DNA of 64,000 nucleotides from Bryobacterales bacterium (lineage in GTDB: Bacteria > Acidobacteriota > Terriglobia > Bryobacterales > UBA6623): positions 4,977,981 through 5,041,980 of the forward strand of contig OZ252099.1 of assembly GCA_965248305.1 (NCBI GenBank), written 5' to 3'. A program made the translations under genes and the position numbers. Of the stretch, positions 1 through 9,646 are shown piece after piece. Numbering within the stretch: position 1 is the first letter of the stretch; each line of letters starts with the position of its first letter. The notes under the pieces were generated by a model, which saw nothing but the letters and a program-made list of their open reading frames with translations, was not told the origin of the DNA and did not search any database.

Positions 1-2686
1 CAACCTGCCCCTCAATCAAAGGGTCTTCCTGCCGCTGACGCTGCTTGCGGGAGGCGCTCACGCCAGCGCGCCCGGTTCAGAGCTCTCCACCCAGAACGAC
101 AGCGGCTTTCACGTCTCCGGCGCCCGCGAGACATCCAACAACTTCCTGTTCGACGGGATCGACAACAACGATCTGTACATCAACCGCATCGTCGTGAGCC
201 CGCCGCTCGACAGCGTGCGGGAATTCCGCCTGCATGCGTCGGGGTACCAGGCCGAGTACGGCCGCAGCGGGGGCGCACAAGTCAACGTGGTCAGCCGCTC
301 GGGCACGCGCCAACTCCACGGCTCGGCCTACCACTACCTGCGCAACGATGCCCTTGACGCACCCAACTATTTCGCCCCGGCGGGCCAGCCGACGCCACCG
401 TACCGCCGCGGCCAATTCGGAGCCGCGCTAGGCGGGCCGGTCTCCGGCCGACGCACGTTCTTCTTCACCGGGTTCGAAGGTACGCGGATTCGAAACGGTA
501 CGACGCGCACCGCTTCGGTGCCCGCTCCCGCCCAGCGCAGCGGAGATTTTTCCAGCCTCGGAGCCCCAGTCATCGATCCGTTCGCGGGAGCACCGTTCCC
601 GGCAAATCGCATCCCGCTCGCACGCCAAGACCCGGCCGGCACTGGTGCGGCCTCCTATTGGCCGGATCCGAACCGCACCGATGCCGTGCAGAACTTTGTC
701 TCTGCGCCGCTTGGCGACGCACTGGTCAACCAGCTCACCGGCAGGCTTGATCAGCACCTCGACTCCAGCAGCCGCCTGTTCGTCCGCTACAACCTCGGCC
801 ACACGCGCAGCTTCAACCCGTTCGCCGATTCTGACGTGCCCGGCTTCGGGAGCTTCACGCTCGACCGCGGCCAACATCTGGCCGCTTCGTACTCGCTTGC
901 GTTGTCGCCACTGACACTGTTCGAGGTCCGGGCGGGCTTCAACCGGCTCCGCCGAGAGGTCATCCACGAAAACGCCGGACGGGACATCTCAGCGGAACTG
1001 GGCATTGCGGGGCTGTCGACCGACCCGCGCTTCGTGGGCTTCCCGGGCATCAATGTCGCGGGCTTTGCAGGGCTGTCGGATGACACCGCGCTACCGATTC
1101 TGAGGCAGAGTAGCACCGTGCATGTTGCGACTAGCTTGACCCATGCCACATCGCGGCACCGCTTCAAATGGGGCGGCGAGATCAGAACTGTCCGCATCGA
1201 CGGAACACAAGGCCTGTTCGGGCGCGGGCAGTTCAATTTCCTCGGCGCTATCTCGCAGCACCCGGTTGCGGACCTGCTGCTGGGCTTCCCGACGTATAGC
1301 ATTCAGACGGTGGTCGATAACGACTTCCGCCAGCGCGCACAGTTCTGGAACGCGTATGCCCAGGACGACTGGCAGCTGGCCCGTGGCCTGACTCTCAGCG
1401 CCGGGCTGCGCTACGAGTTCAACACGCCGGCCTATGACGCCGATGACCGCTTCACGCAGTTCGACATTAACGCGGCCAAGCTCGTCGAGCCCAGGTCATC
1501 GCCGCTGGGCCGGGCGGGATACGCGGGGGATCGCAACAATTTCGCCCCGCGCATCGGCATCGCTTGGAACCCGCTCGAGTCCACGGTGCTGCGGGCGGCT
1601 TACGGCGTCTACTACGACGTCAACGTGCTCGAGGCCAATTCCGGCCTCTATTTCAACCCTCCGTACTTCGATCTCAGGCTGTTTTTCCCGTCGCAGCATT
1701 CGCTGCCGAGCTTGTCAGACCCATTCTCAGGGGGCGGGTACACTCCGCCCGCCTCGGTCAACGCCCTGCAGCCGGATTTTCGAACCGGCTATGCCCAGCA
1801 CTGGAATTTCGGGTTCGAACGCGCGCTCTCCGGCAAGCTGGTCGCACGCGCCTCGTACATCGGCTCGAAGGGATCAAAGTTGCTGCGCCGGCGCAACCTC
1901 AACCAGCCCGCCCCCGGCCAGGGCGAGGTCGATTTTCGGCGGCCGACGGCTGGCTTCGCCAACATCGTGTTGTTCGAGTCCGGTGCCTCGTCGACGTATC
2001 ACTCCGGCGTCTTCGCGCTCGAGCGACGCTTCAGCGGCGTGGCAGGATTCCGCGCCGCCTACACCTGGGCCAAGTCTATCGACGATGTGTCCGCGTTCCT
2101 ACGCTCGTCCGGGGATCAGGCATTCCCCCAGAACAGCCACGACTTCCGGGCCGAGAAGGGACTGTCCAACTTTGACCAGCGTCACCGGCTGGCGCTCTCA
2201 GTACAGCTCGCGACACCGTTCCAGCACTGGCTGCTAGGGGGCTGGCACGCCTACGCGATCGCCGCCGTCGCAGGGGGCCGGCCACTCACCCCGCAGCTCG
2301 CCGAGGACAACTCCAACACCGGCAACACCGGCGGCATCTTCGGCTCGGACCGGCCTGACCTAGTCGGGGATCCCACGCTGGGGTCGGGCAGTCCCGGGCA
2401 GTTCTTCGACGCCTCTGCCTTCGCCATGCCGGCGGCGCTAAGCTTCGGCAACGCGGGTCGGAACATTCTGGCCGGCCCCGCCACCAGTGCTCTCGACGTC
2501 GCGCTGGTCAGGTCGCTGCGGCTTTCGGACAGCGCTACAGCCGAACTGCGGGTCGAGGCGTTCAACATCACCAATCACACGAACTTCGCCCTGCCCGAGG
2601 GCACCTTTGGCCAGCCAGCGTTTGGGCGCTCGCTGGCGGCTGGCCAGGCGCGCCAACTCCAATTGGGCCTGCGCTTTTCGTTCTAG
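1..2686 (+). CDS. TonB-dependent receptor-like outer-membrane beta-barrel protein (5' end lies outside the window)
   Basis: Frame 2 is open from the window edge (NLPLNQRVF...SGARETSNNFLFDGIDNNDLY) into ORF 194..2686. Long barrel-type sequence that ends ...LQLGLRFSF; a C-terminal Phe is typical of OM barrels. Confidence 0.7.
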   Translation, partial: NLPLNQRVFLPLTLLAGGAHASAPGSELSTQNDSGFHVSGARETSNNFLFDGIDNNDLYINRIVVSPPLDSVREFRLHASGYQAEYGRSGGAQVNVVSRSGTRQLHGSAYHYLRNDALDAPNYFAPAGQPTPPYRRGQFGAALGGPVSGRRTFFFTGFEGTRIRNGTTRTASVPAPAQRSGDFSSLGAPVIDPFAGAPFPANRIPLARQDPAGTGAASYWPDPNRTDAVQNFVSAPLGDALVNQLTGRLDQHLDSSSRLFVRYNLGHTRSFNPFADSDVPGFGSFTLDRGQHLAASYSLALSPLTLFEVRAGFNRLRREVIHENAGRDISAELGIAGLSTDPRFVGFPGINVAGFAGLSDDTALPILRQSSTVHVATSLTHATSRHRFKWGGEIRTVRIDGTQGLFGRGQFNFLGAISQHPVADLLLGFPTYSIQTVVDNDFRQRAQFWNAYAQDDWQLARGLTLSAGLRYEFNTPAYDADDRFTQFDINAAKLVEPRSSPLGRAGYAGDRNNFAPRIGIAWNPLESTVLRAAYGVYYDVNVLEANSGLYFNPPYFDLRLFFPSQHSLPSLSDPFSGGGYTPPASVNALQPDFRTGYAQHWNFGFERALSGKLVARASYIGSKGSKLLRRRNLNQPAPGQGEVDFRRPTAGFANIVLFESGASSTYHSGVFALERRFSGVAGFRAAYTWAKSIDDVSAFLRSSGDQAFPQNSHDFRAEKGLSNFDQRHRLALSVQLATPFQHWLLGGWHAYAIAAVAGGRPLTPQLAEDNSNTGNTGGIFGSDRPDLVGDPTLGSGSPGQFFDASAFAMPAALSFGNAGRNILAGPATSALDVALVRSLRLSDSATAELRVEAFNITNHTNFALPEGTFGQPAFGRSLAAGQARQLQLGLRFSF

Positions 2687-2732
2687 CCCGCTGCACGATC
2701 CGGGCTGTTTGAGCGTCGTTGGAACTAGGGGC

Positions 2733-3935
2733 ATGCCGGAATTCGCAGTCAGGTACACCGACGCTCGGGGCAGCGTCCACGAGGAGACTGTGTCCGGCGA
2801 TTCAGCGCGAGCGGTCCGGCAACAGTACGGGGCACGGGGAATGCTCGTGCACGCAGTCCGAACGACCGGAGCAGTGGCACCCCGCAAGGCTGAAAGCAAG
2901 GGCGGACGGCTGGACCTGCAGCACTTCGTCGTTTTCAACACCCAGTTCCTCGCCCTGCTGCGAGCTGGAATGCCTATCCCGCAGTCGCTCGAGCTGCTCG
3001 CCGGCAATGTGCGCAACAAGGCCCTGGCCGGGCACATCGCGGCCGTCCGCAACGACGTCAAGGTCGGCGTCCCTGTTTCGGACGCCTTCGCCAAGCGCGG
3101 GGTGTTTCCGCCGATCTATGTCACGTCATTGCTGGCCGGTGAGCGTTCCGGCGCGCTCGATGCGGTGCTCGAGCGCTACGTGAATTACCAAAAGCTCGCG
3201 CTAGCGATCCGCAAGAAGATCCTCGTCTCGCTGATCTACCCGGCAGTCCTGATCGTGCTGGTCTTCACGTTGGTCGTGTTCTTGGTGACGTACGTGGTGC
3301 CTGAGTTTGCGCAGCTGTACGAAACCATGGACGCCAACCTGCCCCTGTCCACGCAGATCCTGGTCGCATTCGGAGGCGCCGCCCGAGATCATGCATGGGC
3401 GCTGCTGGCAGGCCTGGCAGCCGTCGCTGGGGCGGTCGGCTGGACCCTGCGGCGCCGTACGGCGCGCGCCGGACTGCAAAGGCTAGTGCTCCGCACGCCG
3501 GTCATCGGCCAGCTGTGGGTGCGCTATCAAGTGGCCCAGCTGTCGCGATTGCTGAGCACCCTGCTGACAGGCGGCGTCCCGCTGGTGAGAGCACTCGAAA
3601 CGGCCGGCGAGTCCATGGGGTCAGGCCTGTTACGCGGCACCTTGGAAAAAGTGCGGGAGAGCGTCCGCGAGGGCCAGACACTCGCCGGCAGCATGCTGCA
3701 AACAGGCATCTTCCCCACCCTGTCGATCGAAATGGTCCGTGTCGGCGAGACCACGGGCGCCCTGCCTCAGATGCTCACATCGGTCGCCGAATTCTTCGAC
3801 GAAGAGGTGCAGACCAAGACGGCTGCCCTGCTCAATCTCATCGAGCCAGCGATCATGATTTGCATGGGGATCTTCGTGGCGTTCGTGCTGATCTCGCTGT
3901 ACCTCCCGATCTTTAGCCTGGCGGAGCAGTTCTAG
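2733..3935 (+). CDS. gspF: Type II secretion / type IV pilus platform protein (GspF/PilC family)
   Basis: ATG at 2733 follows the upstream stop; the 2487 start overlaps the upstream gene. Two-repeat GspF architecture with TM segments (LIYPAVLIVLVFTLVVFLV; EPAIMICMGIFVAFVLISLYLPIF) and motifs SLLAGERSGALD / MVRVGETTGALPQML. Confidence 0.85.
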   Translation: MPEFAVRYTDARGSVHEETVSGDSARAVRQQYGARGMLVHAVRTTGAVAPRKAESKGGRLDLQHFVVFNTQFLALLRAGMPIPQSLELLAGNVRNKALAGHIAAVRNDVKVGVPVSDAFAKRGVFPPIYVTSLLAGERSGALDAVLERYVNYQKLALAIRKKILVSLIYPAVLIVLVFTLVVFLVTYVVPEFAQLYETMDANLPLSTQILVAFGGAARDHAWALLAGLAAVAGAVGWTLRRRTARAGLQRLVLRTPVIGQLWVRYQVAQLSRLLSTLLTGGVPLVRALETAGESMGSGLLRGTLEKVRESVREGQTLAGSMLQTGIFPTLSIEMVRVGETTGALPQMLTSVAEFFDEEVQTKTAALLNLIEPAIMICMGIFVAFVLISLYLPIFSLAEQF

Positions 3936-3957
3936 CAGTCGCTGCCGGCGGCGCTCG

Positions 3958-5637
3958 ATGCACGGTCCCGAGCGGTCGCGCGTCTACACCTATTGCAGGG
4001 GGGAGTGCCCTGTCCAGCGTATGCCTACGCCCCAAGTAGCAAGCGAATCCACGCAAGAAACCGTCGAGCGGGACGCCCGGCAGTTAGCGCAGCGCTATCA
4101 CTATCCGTTCCTTGACCTCTCCTCGGTGCATATCGACAGCGATCTGTTCCGGTCCATCCCGGTCGAATTGATGTTCCGGCACAACTTCGTGCCTATCGCG
4201 GAGCGGCGCGGCTCGCTCGAGATCGCCATCGCCGACCCGCGGAGGCTCCCGGAGCTGGACGAGATCGCGTCGCTGCTGGGCAAGAAGCTGCGCATCGCCA
4301 TCGCGACGCTTCCGCAGATCAACGATCTGCTGGGCAAGACCGAGCAGTCACAGCGTGTCCTGGAAGAGGTCACCGAGGAATTCACGCTGCAGGTCAGCAC
4401 GGCGGAGGATCCCGACGAGACGCTCTCGATCGACAAGCTCACGCAGTCCAGCGGCATCGCGCCCGTCATCAAGCTGATCGACACGACGGTGTTCAATGCG
4501 CTGGAGCGTCGGGCAAGCGACATCCATATCGAGACGCGCAACTCCGACGTGGCCATCAAGTACCGCATCGACGGGGTGCTGCACTATGCGATGCCGCCGA
4601 TCGGCAAAGACTGGCACGAGACGATCCTGTCCCGCATCAAGGTGATGAGCGAACTCGATATCGCCGAGCGGCGCATCCCCCAAGACGGCCGCTTCCGCGT
4701 GCGCTACAAGGGCCGCCAGATCGACTTCCGCGTCTCAATCATGCCCACCGTGTACGGCGAGGACGCGGTCTTGCGCATCCTCGACAAGCAGTCAATGAGC
4801 GAGAAGTTCAAGAAGCTGTCGCTGGACGTGGTGGGCTTCAGCGTTGAGGACCAGCGGCGCTTCGGGCGCTATATCCGCGAGCCCTATGGCATGGTGCTCG
4901 TCACGGGGCCGACCGGTTCCGGCAAGACGACGACGCTGTACGCGGCCCTGAGCGAGATCCAGACCGACGAGGACAAGATCGTCACGATTGAGGATCCCGT
5001 GGAATACCAGTTGCACGGGATCACGCAGATTCCGATCAACGAAAAGAAGGGCCTGACCTTCGCGCGCGGGCTGCGCTCGATCTTGCGGCACGATCCCGAC
5101 AAGATCATGGTCGGAGAAATCCGAGACCCCGAGACAGCCCAGATCGCGATCCAGTCCGCGCTTACAGGCCATCTCGTCTTCACGACCGTGCACGCCAACA
5201 ATGTCGTGGATGTGCTCGGGCGGTTCCTCAACATGGGCGTCGAGGCCTACAACTTTGTCTCGGCCCTAAACTGCATCCTGGCCCAGCGGCTGGTACGCCT
5301 GATCTGCCCGCACTGCCGCATCCAGAAGCGTTATCCGCGCGCGAGGCTCGAGGCCTCCAGACTGCCATTCGACCAATGGGAGAGCTTTGAGTTCAGCGAG
5401 GGCGAAGGGTGCATCGAGTGCTCCGGCACGGGATTCCGGGGCCGCTCCGCCATCCACGAGCTGCTGGACATGTCGGACGGAATCCGCGAGCTCATCCTCG
5501 CCAAGCGACCCAGTTCCGAGATCGCGCGAGCGGCGCGCGCGGAGGGCATGCGGACGCTGCGCGAATCCGCCGTCGAGCGCGTCGCCGCGGGCGTGACAAC
5601 CTTGCACGAAATCGACAAGGTCACATTCATCGACTGA
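3958..5637 (+). CDS. gspE: Type II/IV secretion ATPase (GspE/PilB family)
   Basis: T2SSE N-terminal domain (YHYPFLDLSSVHIDSDLFRSIPVELMFRHNFVPI), Walker A VTGPTGSGKTTTLYA, Asp/His boxes (MVGEIRD, LTGHLVFTTVHANN) and a tetra-Cys site CPHC...CIEC. An alternative ATG is at 4021. Confidence 0.9.
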   Translation: MHGPERSRVYTYCRGECPVQRMPTPQVASESTQETVERDARQLAQRYHYPFLDLSSVHIDSDLFRSIPVELMFRHNFVPIAERRGSLEIAIADPRRLPELDEIASLLGKKLRIAIATLPQINDLLGKTEQSQRVLEEVTEEFTLQVSTAEDPDETLSIDKLTQSSGIAPVIKLIDTTVFNALERRASDIHIETRNSDVAIKYRIDGVLHYAMPPIGKDWHETILSRIKVMSELDIAERRIPQDGRFRVRYKGRQIDFRVSIMPTVYGEDAVLRILDKQSMSEKFKKLSLDVVGFSVEDQRRFGRYIREPYGMVLVTGPTGSGKTTTLYAALSEIQTDEDKIVTIEDPVEYQLHGITQIPINEKKGLTFARGLRSILRHDPDKIMVGEIRDPETAQIAIQSALTGHLVFTTVHANNVVDVLGRFLNMGVEAYNFVSALNCILAQRLVRLICPHCRIQKRYPRARLEASRLPFDQWESFEFSEGEGCIECSGTGFRGRSAIHELLDMSDGIRELILAKRPSSEIARAARAEGMRTLRESAVERVAAGVTTLHEIDKVTFID

Positions 5638-5639
5638 TC

Positions 5640-6533
5640 ATGGGACTGCTGCTGCAAACACTGGACAGGCTGCTGCCCGACCCCGAGCCGCCGCTGGTCT
5701 TCGAAGTTGGCGACGGCATCGTGCTGGGAGCGCGCCGTTCCGGGCGAACGGTCCAAGCGCGCGCACAACGCGAGTTGCCGGCCAGTGACCAGGCAGACCC
5801 GGAGGGCCCCACCCTGGAAGGGCTCCATGGCGCGGTCGAGGGTCTGCTGAGCGAACTGCAACCGCTGCCCAGCCGGTCCGCTGCGGTACTGCTGCCCGAC
5901 GATGCCGCAAGGCTTGCCGTGTTCGAATTCGACAAGCTGCCGCGCAGGCCCCAAGAATTCCGCCAAGCGGTTGAGGACCGCTTTCGCAACAGCCTACCCT
6001 TCGATGCCCGCAACGCGCGCATCGCCTTCAAGCCGCAAGCTGGCGGGACGCGCCCATCCGTACTGGCCGCAGCCGTGTCAACAGCACTTGTCCGCCGCTG
6101 CGAAGAGGAATTTGAAGCGGCCGGGATCCGCCCAGACTTCGTGGGCACTTCATGCGCGGCCGCGCTCAATTTGGTCGGGTGCACCGAAATGACGGTGCTG
6201 CTCACGCTCAGCGGACAAGCCATGACAATCGCCGCCGTCGAAAACGGAGCGGTGCGCCTCGTGAGGCGGATTTCCCTGCCCGCCGGAATTGCAACGGACA
6301 TTCCCAGCACAGTGCAGGAAGTCTTGGCGGACCTGTTTCCAACCATCGTCTACATCGAGGAAAACCTCGAACGGAGCGTTTCGCGGCTGATCCTGGCCGG
6401 ATTTGGCGAATTGCAGGGTCTACTCCTGGAGCCTTTACGGGGACAGCTTGGATTCCCAGTCGAGCCGCTGCTCGACGACGATGCCGCAGCCGCGCCTTGC
6501 GGCGCAGGCCTGCTGGGGTACATTCATGGCTGA
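5640..6533 (+). CDS. PilM/GspL-like pilus assembly protein (actin-like fold)
   Basis: ATG at 5640 starts 3 nt after the gspE stop. About 298 aa with no TM segment. Layout resembles PilM/GspL cytoplasmic domains (LLPDDAARLAVFEFDKLPRRPQEFRQAVEDRF...; AGIRPDFVGTSCAAALNL). Operon position is between the ATPase and the PilN-like gene. Confidence 0.5.
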   Translation: MGLLLQTLDRLLPDPEPPLVFEVGDGIVLGARRSGRTVQARAQRELPASDQADPEGPTLEGLHGAVEGLLSELQPLPSRSAAVLLPDDAARLAVFEFDKLPRRPQEFRQAVEDRFRNSLPFDARNARIAFKPQAGGTRPSVLAAAVSTALVRRCEEEFEAAGIRPDFVGTSCAAALNLVGCTEMTVLLTLSGQAMTIAAVENGAVRLVRRISLPAGIATDIPSTVQEVLADLFPTIVYIEENLERSVSRLILAGFGELQGLLLEPLRGQLGFPVEPLLDDDAAAAPCGAGLLGYIHG

Positions 6534-7143
6534 CCCGTCCAAGACCCTGGCAAAGCCCACTTTGGCATGGCGCCCGGCTGGTACCGGGCTGAATCTTGCG
6601 ACCCATCCGGCTGGAGGCTACCGGGCGTTCTTTGGCCTGGCGTGCGTCGCCACTGTTGCCCTGCTGGCAGTGGCAGCGGTCTTGGTGGCGAGCTTCATCG
6701 GCTCCGGACGCACGCCGGAGGAACTCGCTGTCCGTGAACAGCGCCTGCAGGCGGAGCAGCGTACGCTTGGCGATCTCAGCGCCGCGGCATCGGAAACGGT
6801 GCAAGGCGAGCGCGCGGCAGAGATCCTCGAACGCACTGGGGTGCTCAACAGCCTCCTCGTCCGCAAGGGCGTCTCGTGGACCCGCACGTTCCTTGACCTG
6901 CAGGGAGTCCTGCCCCCCAACGTGCGGATGCTCTCGATCCAGCCGGAGGTCGCGACTCTCGGTACGATCCGACTTGAGATGGCGGTCAGCGCAAAGACGC
7001 CCGCGGACTTTATCGAATTCCTCAAGACGCTCGAAAGCTCGGATCTGTTCAGGTCGCCCGCGCTGCGGGGAAGCGCTCCGCCAACCGACGGGGATCCGAC
7101 CTTCCGCTATCACCTAACTGTGGAATATGACCAGCAACTCTGA
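6526..7143 (+). CDS. PilN-like bitopic inner-membrane pilus assembly protein
   Basis: ATG at 6526 overlaps the upstream stop by 8 nt. One N-terminal TM segment (FFGLACVATVALLAVAAVLVASFI), then a coiled coil, then a small alpha/beta domain, as in PilN/GspL C-terminal regions. Confidence 0.5.
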   Translation: MADPSKTLAKPTLAWRPAGTGLNLATHPAGGYRAFFGLACVATVALLAVAAVLVASFIGSGRTPEELAVREQRLQAEQRTLGDLSAAASETVQGERAAEILERTGVLNSLLVRKGVSWTRTFLDLQGVLPPNVRMLSIQPEVATLGTIRLEMAVSAKTPADFIEFLKTLESSDLFRSPALRGSAPPTDGDPTFRYHLTVEYDQQL

Positions 7144-7729
7144 TCACTTCGCCACACCGAGCGCACCGGTTGAGTGGCATCGGCGGTTTGCCCCCAAAGC
7201 CGTGCTGACCCTGCTCGCAATCGTAGCGCTGTGCGAGCTCAGCTTCTACCTGCTGGCACTCCGGCCGGCTGCGCGAGATGAACAGGAGCGCGAAGCTCGG
7301 TACGCGGCACTGGCCGCCCAGGTCGAACAATCGCGAGCTAGCGTAAAAGCCGTTCAGGCGCAGGCGCTACGGATCGCCAAGGCCGACAGCGATGGCAATG
7401 CGCTTGTCCAGGAGATCGCCTTGCCCCGCAGGGGCGCGTTTTCGGCGCTGCTCACGGAACTTGGGGCCGCGTCAACAGGTGCCGGCATCGAATTCCGCGA
7501 GACTAGCTACGCAGTCGACGAACTCGAGGGCAGCGAGGAGTACGGAGTGCTAGCGGTCAACGCCAGCTTCCGGGGCCGCTATGAGAACCTATTGCAGTTC
7601 CTGTATCGTCTAGACCGGTCTGACCTGTTCTTCATCATCGGTTCGCTAGGGGCAACGCCGCGCGAGGAGAGCAACGCGAACGAGCTGCAGATCAACATGC
7701 GATTCGATACGCTCGTGAGAGACAGGTAG
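7127..7729 (+). CDS. PilO/GspM-like inner-membrane pilus assembly protein
   Basis: Start overlaps the pilN-like stop. One TM segment (AVLTLLAIVALCELSFYLLAL), a coiled coil (EQEREARYAALAAQVEQSRASVKAVQAQ) and a C-terminal ferredoxin-like segment (YENLLQFLYRLDRSDLFFIIGSL). Confidence 0.45.
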   Translation: MTSNSDHFATPSAPVEWHRRFAPKAVLTLLAIVALCELSFYLLALRPAARDEQEREARYAALAAQVEQSRASVKAVQAQALRIAKADSDGNALVQEIALPRRGAFSALLTELGAASTGAGIEFRETSYAVDELEGSEEYGVLAVNASFRGRYENLLQFLYRLDRSDLFFIIGSLGATPREESNANELQINMRFDTLVRDR

Positions 7730-7738
7730 TGTCGGCGA

Positions 7739-8422
7739 GTGGAACTCGGAGCAAACAAGCAATCCCTGACCCGGCTGGTCGTCGTGCTGGCTGTGCTGGC
7801 AGTAGTCGTATACCTGCAATTCTTCAGCGGGCCGCGAGCAGCACCCTCGCCGTCGCCGAGCGTAAACGGGCCTCCGGCCACCAATGCCAACGCGCCCCAA
7901 GCCCGGGTGCCTGCCGGCGGAGACACCTCGGCTGGCAGCCCCCGGACAGGCGGACCGCAACCGGACGGAGGCACCGACCCAGCGGCAGAGGTAACGATCC
8001 GCAGGGACCTGCTGGAGCGGGTGCGCGCCATTGAAGTGCCGTCGGTCGAGCGCGACATCTTTAACTTTGGTCGTCCCAAGCCGCGTGAAGTCGCTGGCCC
8101 AACACCAGCAGAAGCAAAGCTTGCCCAAGCGCGCCTCGACGCGGCCACACGCAAGCCCACCCCGAAGCCACAAGGGCCGACGCCAAAACCGATGCTTCCG
8201 AAGGCCAGGCCTCCGGACTGGAAGTACTTCGGGCTGGCGAGTGCCGCGAACTCAGATGCAACACGGGGATTCCTGCTCGACGGCGAAGAGATCCTAATCG
8301 CTTCCGAGGGGGCGCTACTGCAAGGGCGTTACCGCATCACGGGGATCGACGAACAAGCCATCGCGCTGGAAGACGTGCAGGCAAGCCAAGTATTCTCAAT
8401 CGCGTTGGAGCTACCGAAGTGA
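7739..8422 (+). CDS. PilP/GspC-like protein with a Pro-rich linker
   Basis: GTG start. N-terminal TM segment (LVVVLAVLAVVVYL), a long Pro/Ala-rich linker and a C-terminal beta-domain (WKYFGLAS...GFLLDGEEILIASEGALLQGRYRITGIDEQAIALEDV) reminiscent of the PilP / GspC HR domain. Confidence 0.35.
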   Translation: MELGANKQSLTRLVVVLAVLAVVVYLQFFSGPRAAPSPSPSVNGPPATNANAPQARVPAGGDTSAGSPRTGGPQPDGGTDPAAEVTIRRDLLERVRAIEVPSVERDIFNFGRPKPREVAGPTPAEAKLAQARLDAATRKPTPKPQGPTPKPMLPKARPPDWKYFGLASAANSDATRGFLLDGEEILIASEGALLQGRYRITGIDEQAIALEDVQASQVFSIALELPK

Positions 8423-9594
8423 GGCAGCGGCACGCAGGCAAGAGCGACGGCCAACAAGGCTATGTGCTACTCGCCCTGCTGGTGTCATCGTCGATCCTGC
8501 TCGCCGGCCTCGCACTGACCATCCCTCGCATGGCGATGCAGTCTCAGCGGCTGAAGGACGAGCGGCTGATCAAGCGCGGTGAGGACTATCGGCGGGCCAT
8601 CACGCTCTACTACAGAGAGCACAACAAGTACCCGGAGGATCTCGACGACCTAGAGGAAACCGACGGCGTGCGCTACCTTCGCAGGCGCTACGGCGACCCG
8701 ATCGGCGAGACCGGCGAGTGGCGCTTGATCCATATGGGAACCGACGGGCGCTTCGAAGACTCCCTGCTCATTGACACGGCCAAGGACGAGCAGCGGCCCG
8801 GCTCCGGCCAGATGTCAGCGGGCAGTACCGCCATCGTGTCCGCGCCCCTCGGAACGCAGCCGCAGGGTTATCCCGGCGGTGCCCCTGGCAGCCCGCAGCT
8901 AGCACCCGATCCAGGCGGGCCGTGGGGGGGGCGGCCGCTCACGGGCGCGGCGCGCGCGCGAGCGATTCGCGAGTCAGCCGCTCCCGACCTCGCGCGCGGG
9001 ACTCCCTATACCCAGGGCTTTGGATTCAACCCCAATCAAGCCACGAGTCCGGAGAACCAGCGCGGCGAGGGCCCCCCAGACTACAGCAGGATGCTGCCCA
9101 GCCAGGTCCCGATGGACGAGAACGAGCGCAAATTCGCAGAATTCAATGCGGCAACAGGGCAGTCAGGCACCAATCCCGGCACGTCCGGAGCCTTCGGCGA
9201 ACTTGGTGCAGCACCTCAGCTGCCCAGCGGCGCACCCACCGCGGCGGCGGGCAGCCCCGGGTCGATGGTGCAAGGCTCCGGCGCCGCCGAAATGATCAAC
9301 CGGCTGCTGACATCGCCGAGACCGGGTGGAGTGGCCGGAGTGCGCCCCGCGACAGCCGCGGTGGCGACCGTGCAAGTGTTCGAACGAGGGATTGCCGGGG
9401 TCGCCAGCAAGAGCAAGGATACCGGCGTCAAGGTCTATCACGGCAAGCAGGCCTATAACGAATGGGAATTCGTCTATGACTACCGGAAAGATGTCGGTTC
9501 GAACGCATCGCAGGGAATGTCGCAAACCCCACAAGTAGGCCAACAGCCCCGACAGCGGATCGGCACCGATTCGCGGGGGCGCCCGGCACGCTGA
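8419..9594 (+). CDS. Atypical GspG-like pseudopilin with a long Gly/Pro-rich extension
   Basis: GTG start overlaps the upstream TGA (GTGA). N-terminus GQQG|YVLLALLVSSSILLAGLAL resembles a class III signal but lacks Glu+5. It is followed by a GspG-like segment (AITLYYREHNKYPEDLDDLEE...YLRRRYGDPIGETGEWRLIHMG). Confidence 0.4.
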   Translation: MRQRHAGKSDGQQGYVLLALLVSSSILLAGLALTIPRMAMQSQRLKDERLIKRGEDYRRAITLYYREHNKYPEDLDDLEETDGVRYLRRRYGDPIGETGEWRLIHMGTDGRFEDSLLIDTAKDEQRPGSGQMSAGSTAIVSAPLGTQPQGYPGGAPGSPQLAPDPGGPWGGRPLTGAARARAIRESAAPDLARGTPYTQGFGFNPNQATSPENQRGEGPPDYSRMLPSQVPMDENERKFAEFNAATGQSGTNPGTSGAFGELGAAPQLPSGAPTAAAGSPGSMVQGSGAAEMINRLLTSPRPGGVAGVRPATAAVATVQVFERGIAGVASKSKDTGVKVYHGKQAYNEWEFVYDYRKDVGSNASQGMSQTPQVGQQPRQRIGTDSRGRPAR

Positions 9595-9646
9595 CACTCC
9601 AGCGCCAGTCTGACTGCTTGCCGACGCCGCATCGGGCAGCCCAGAT

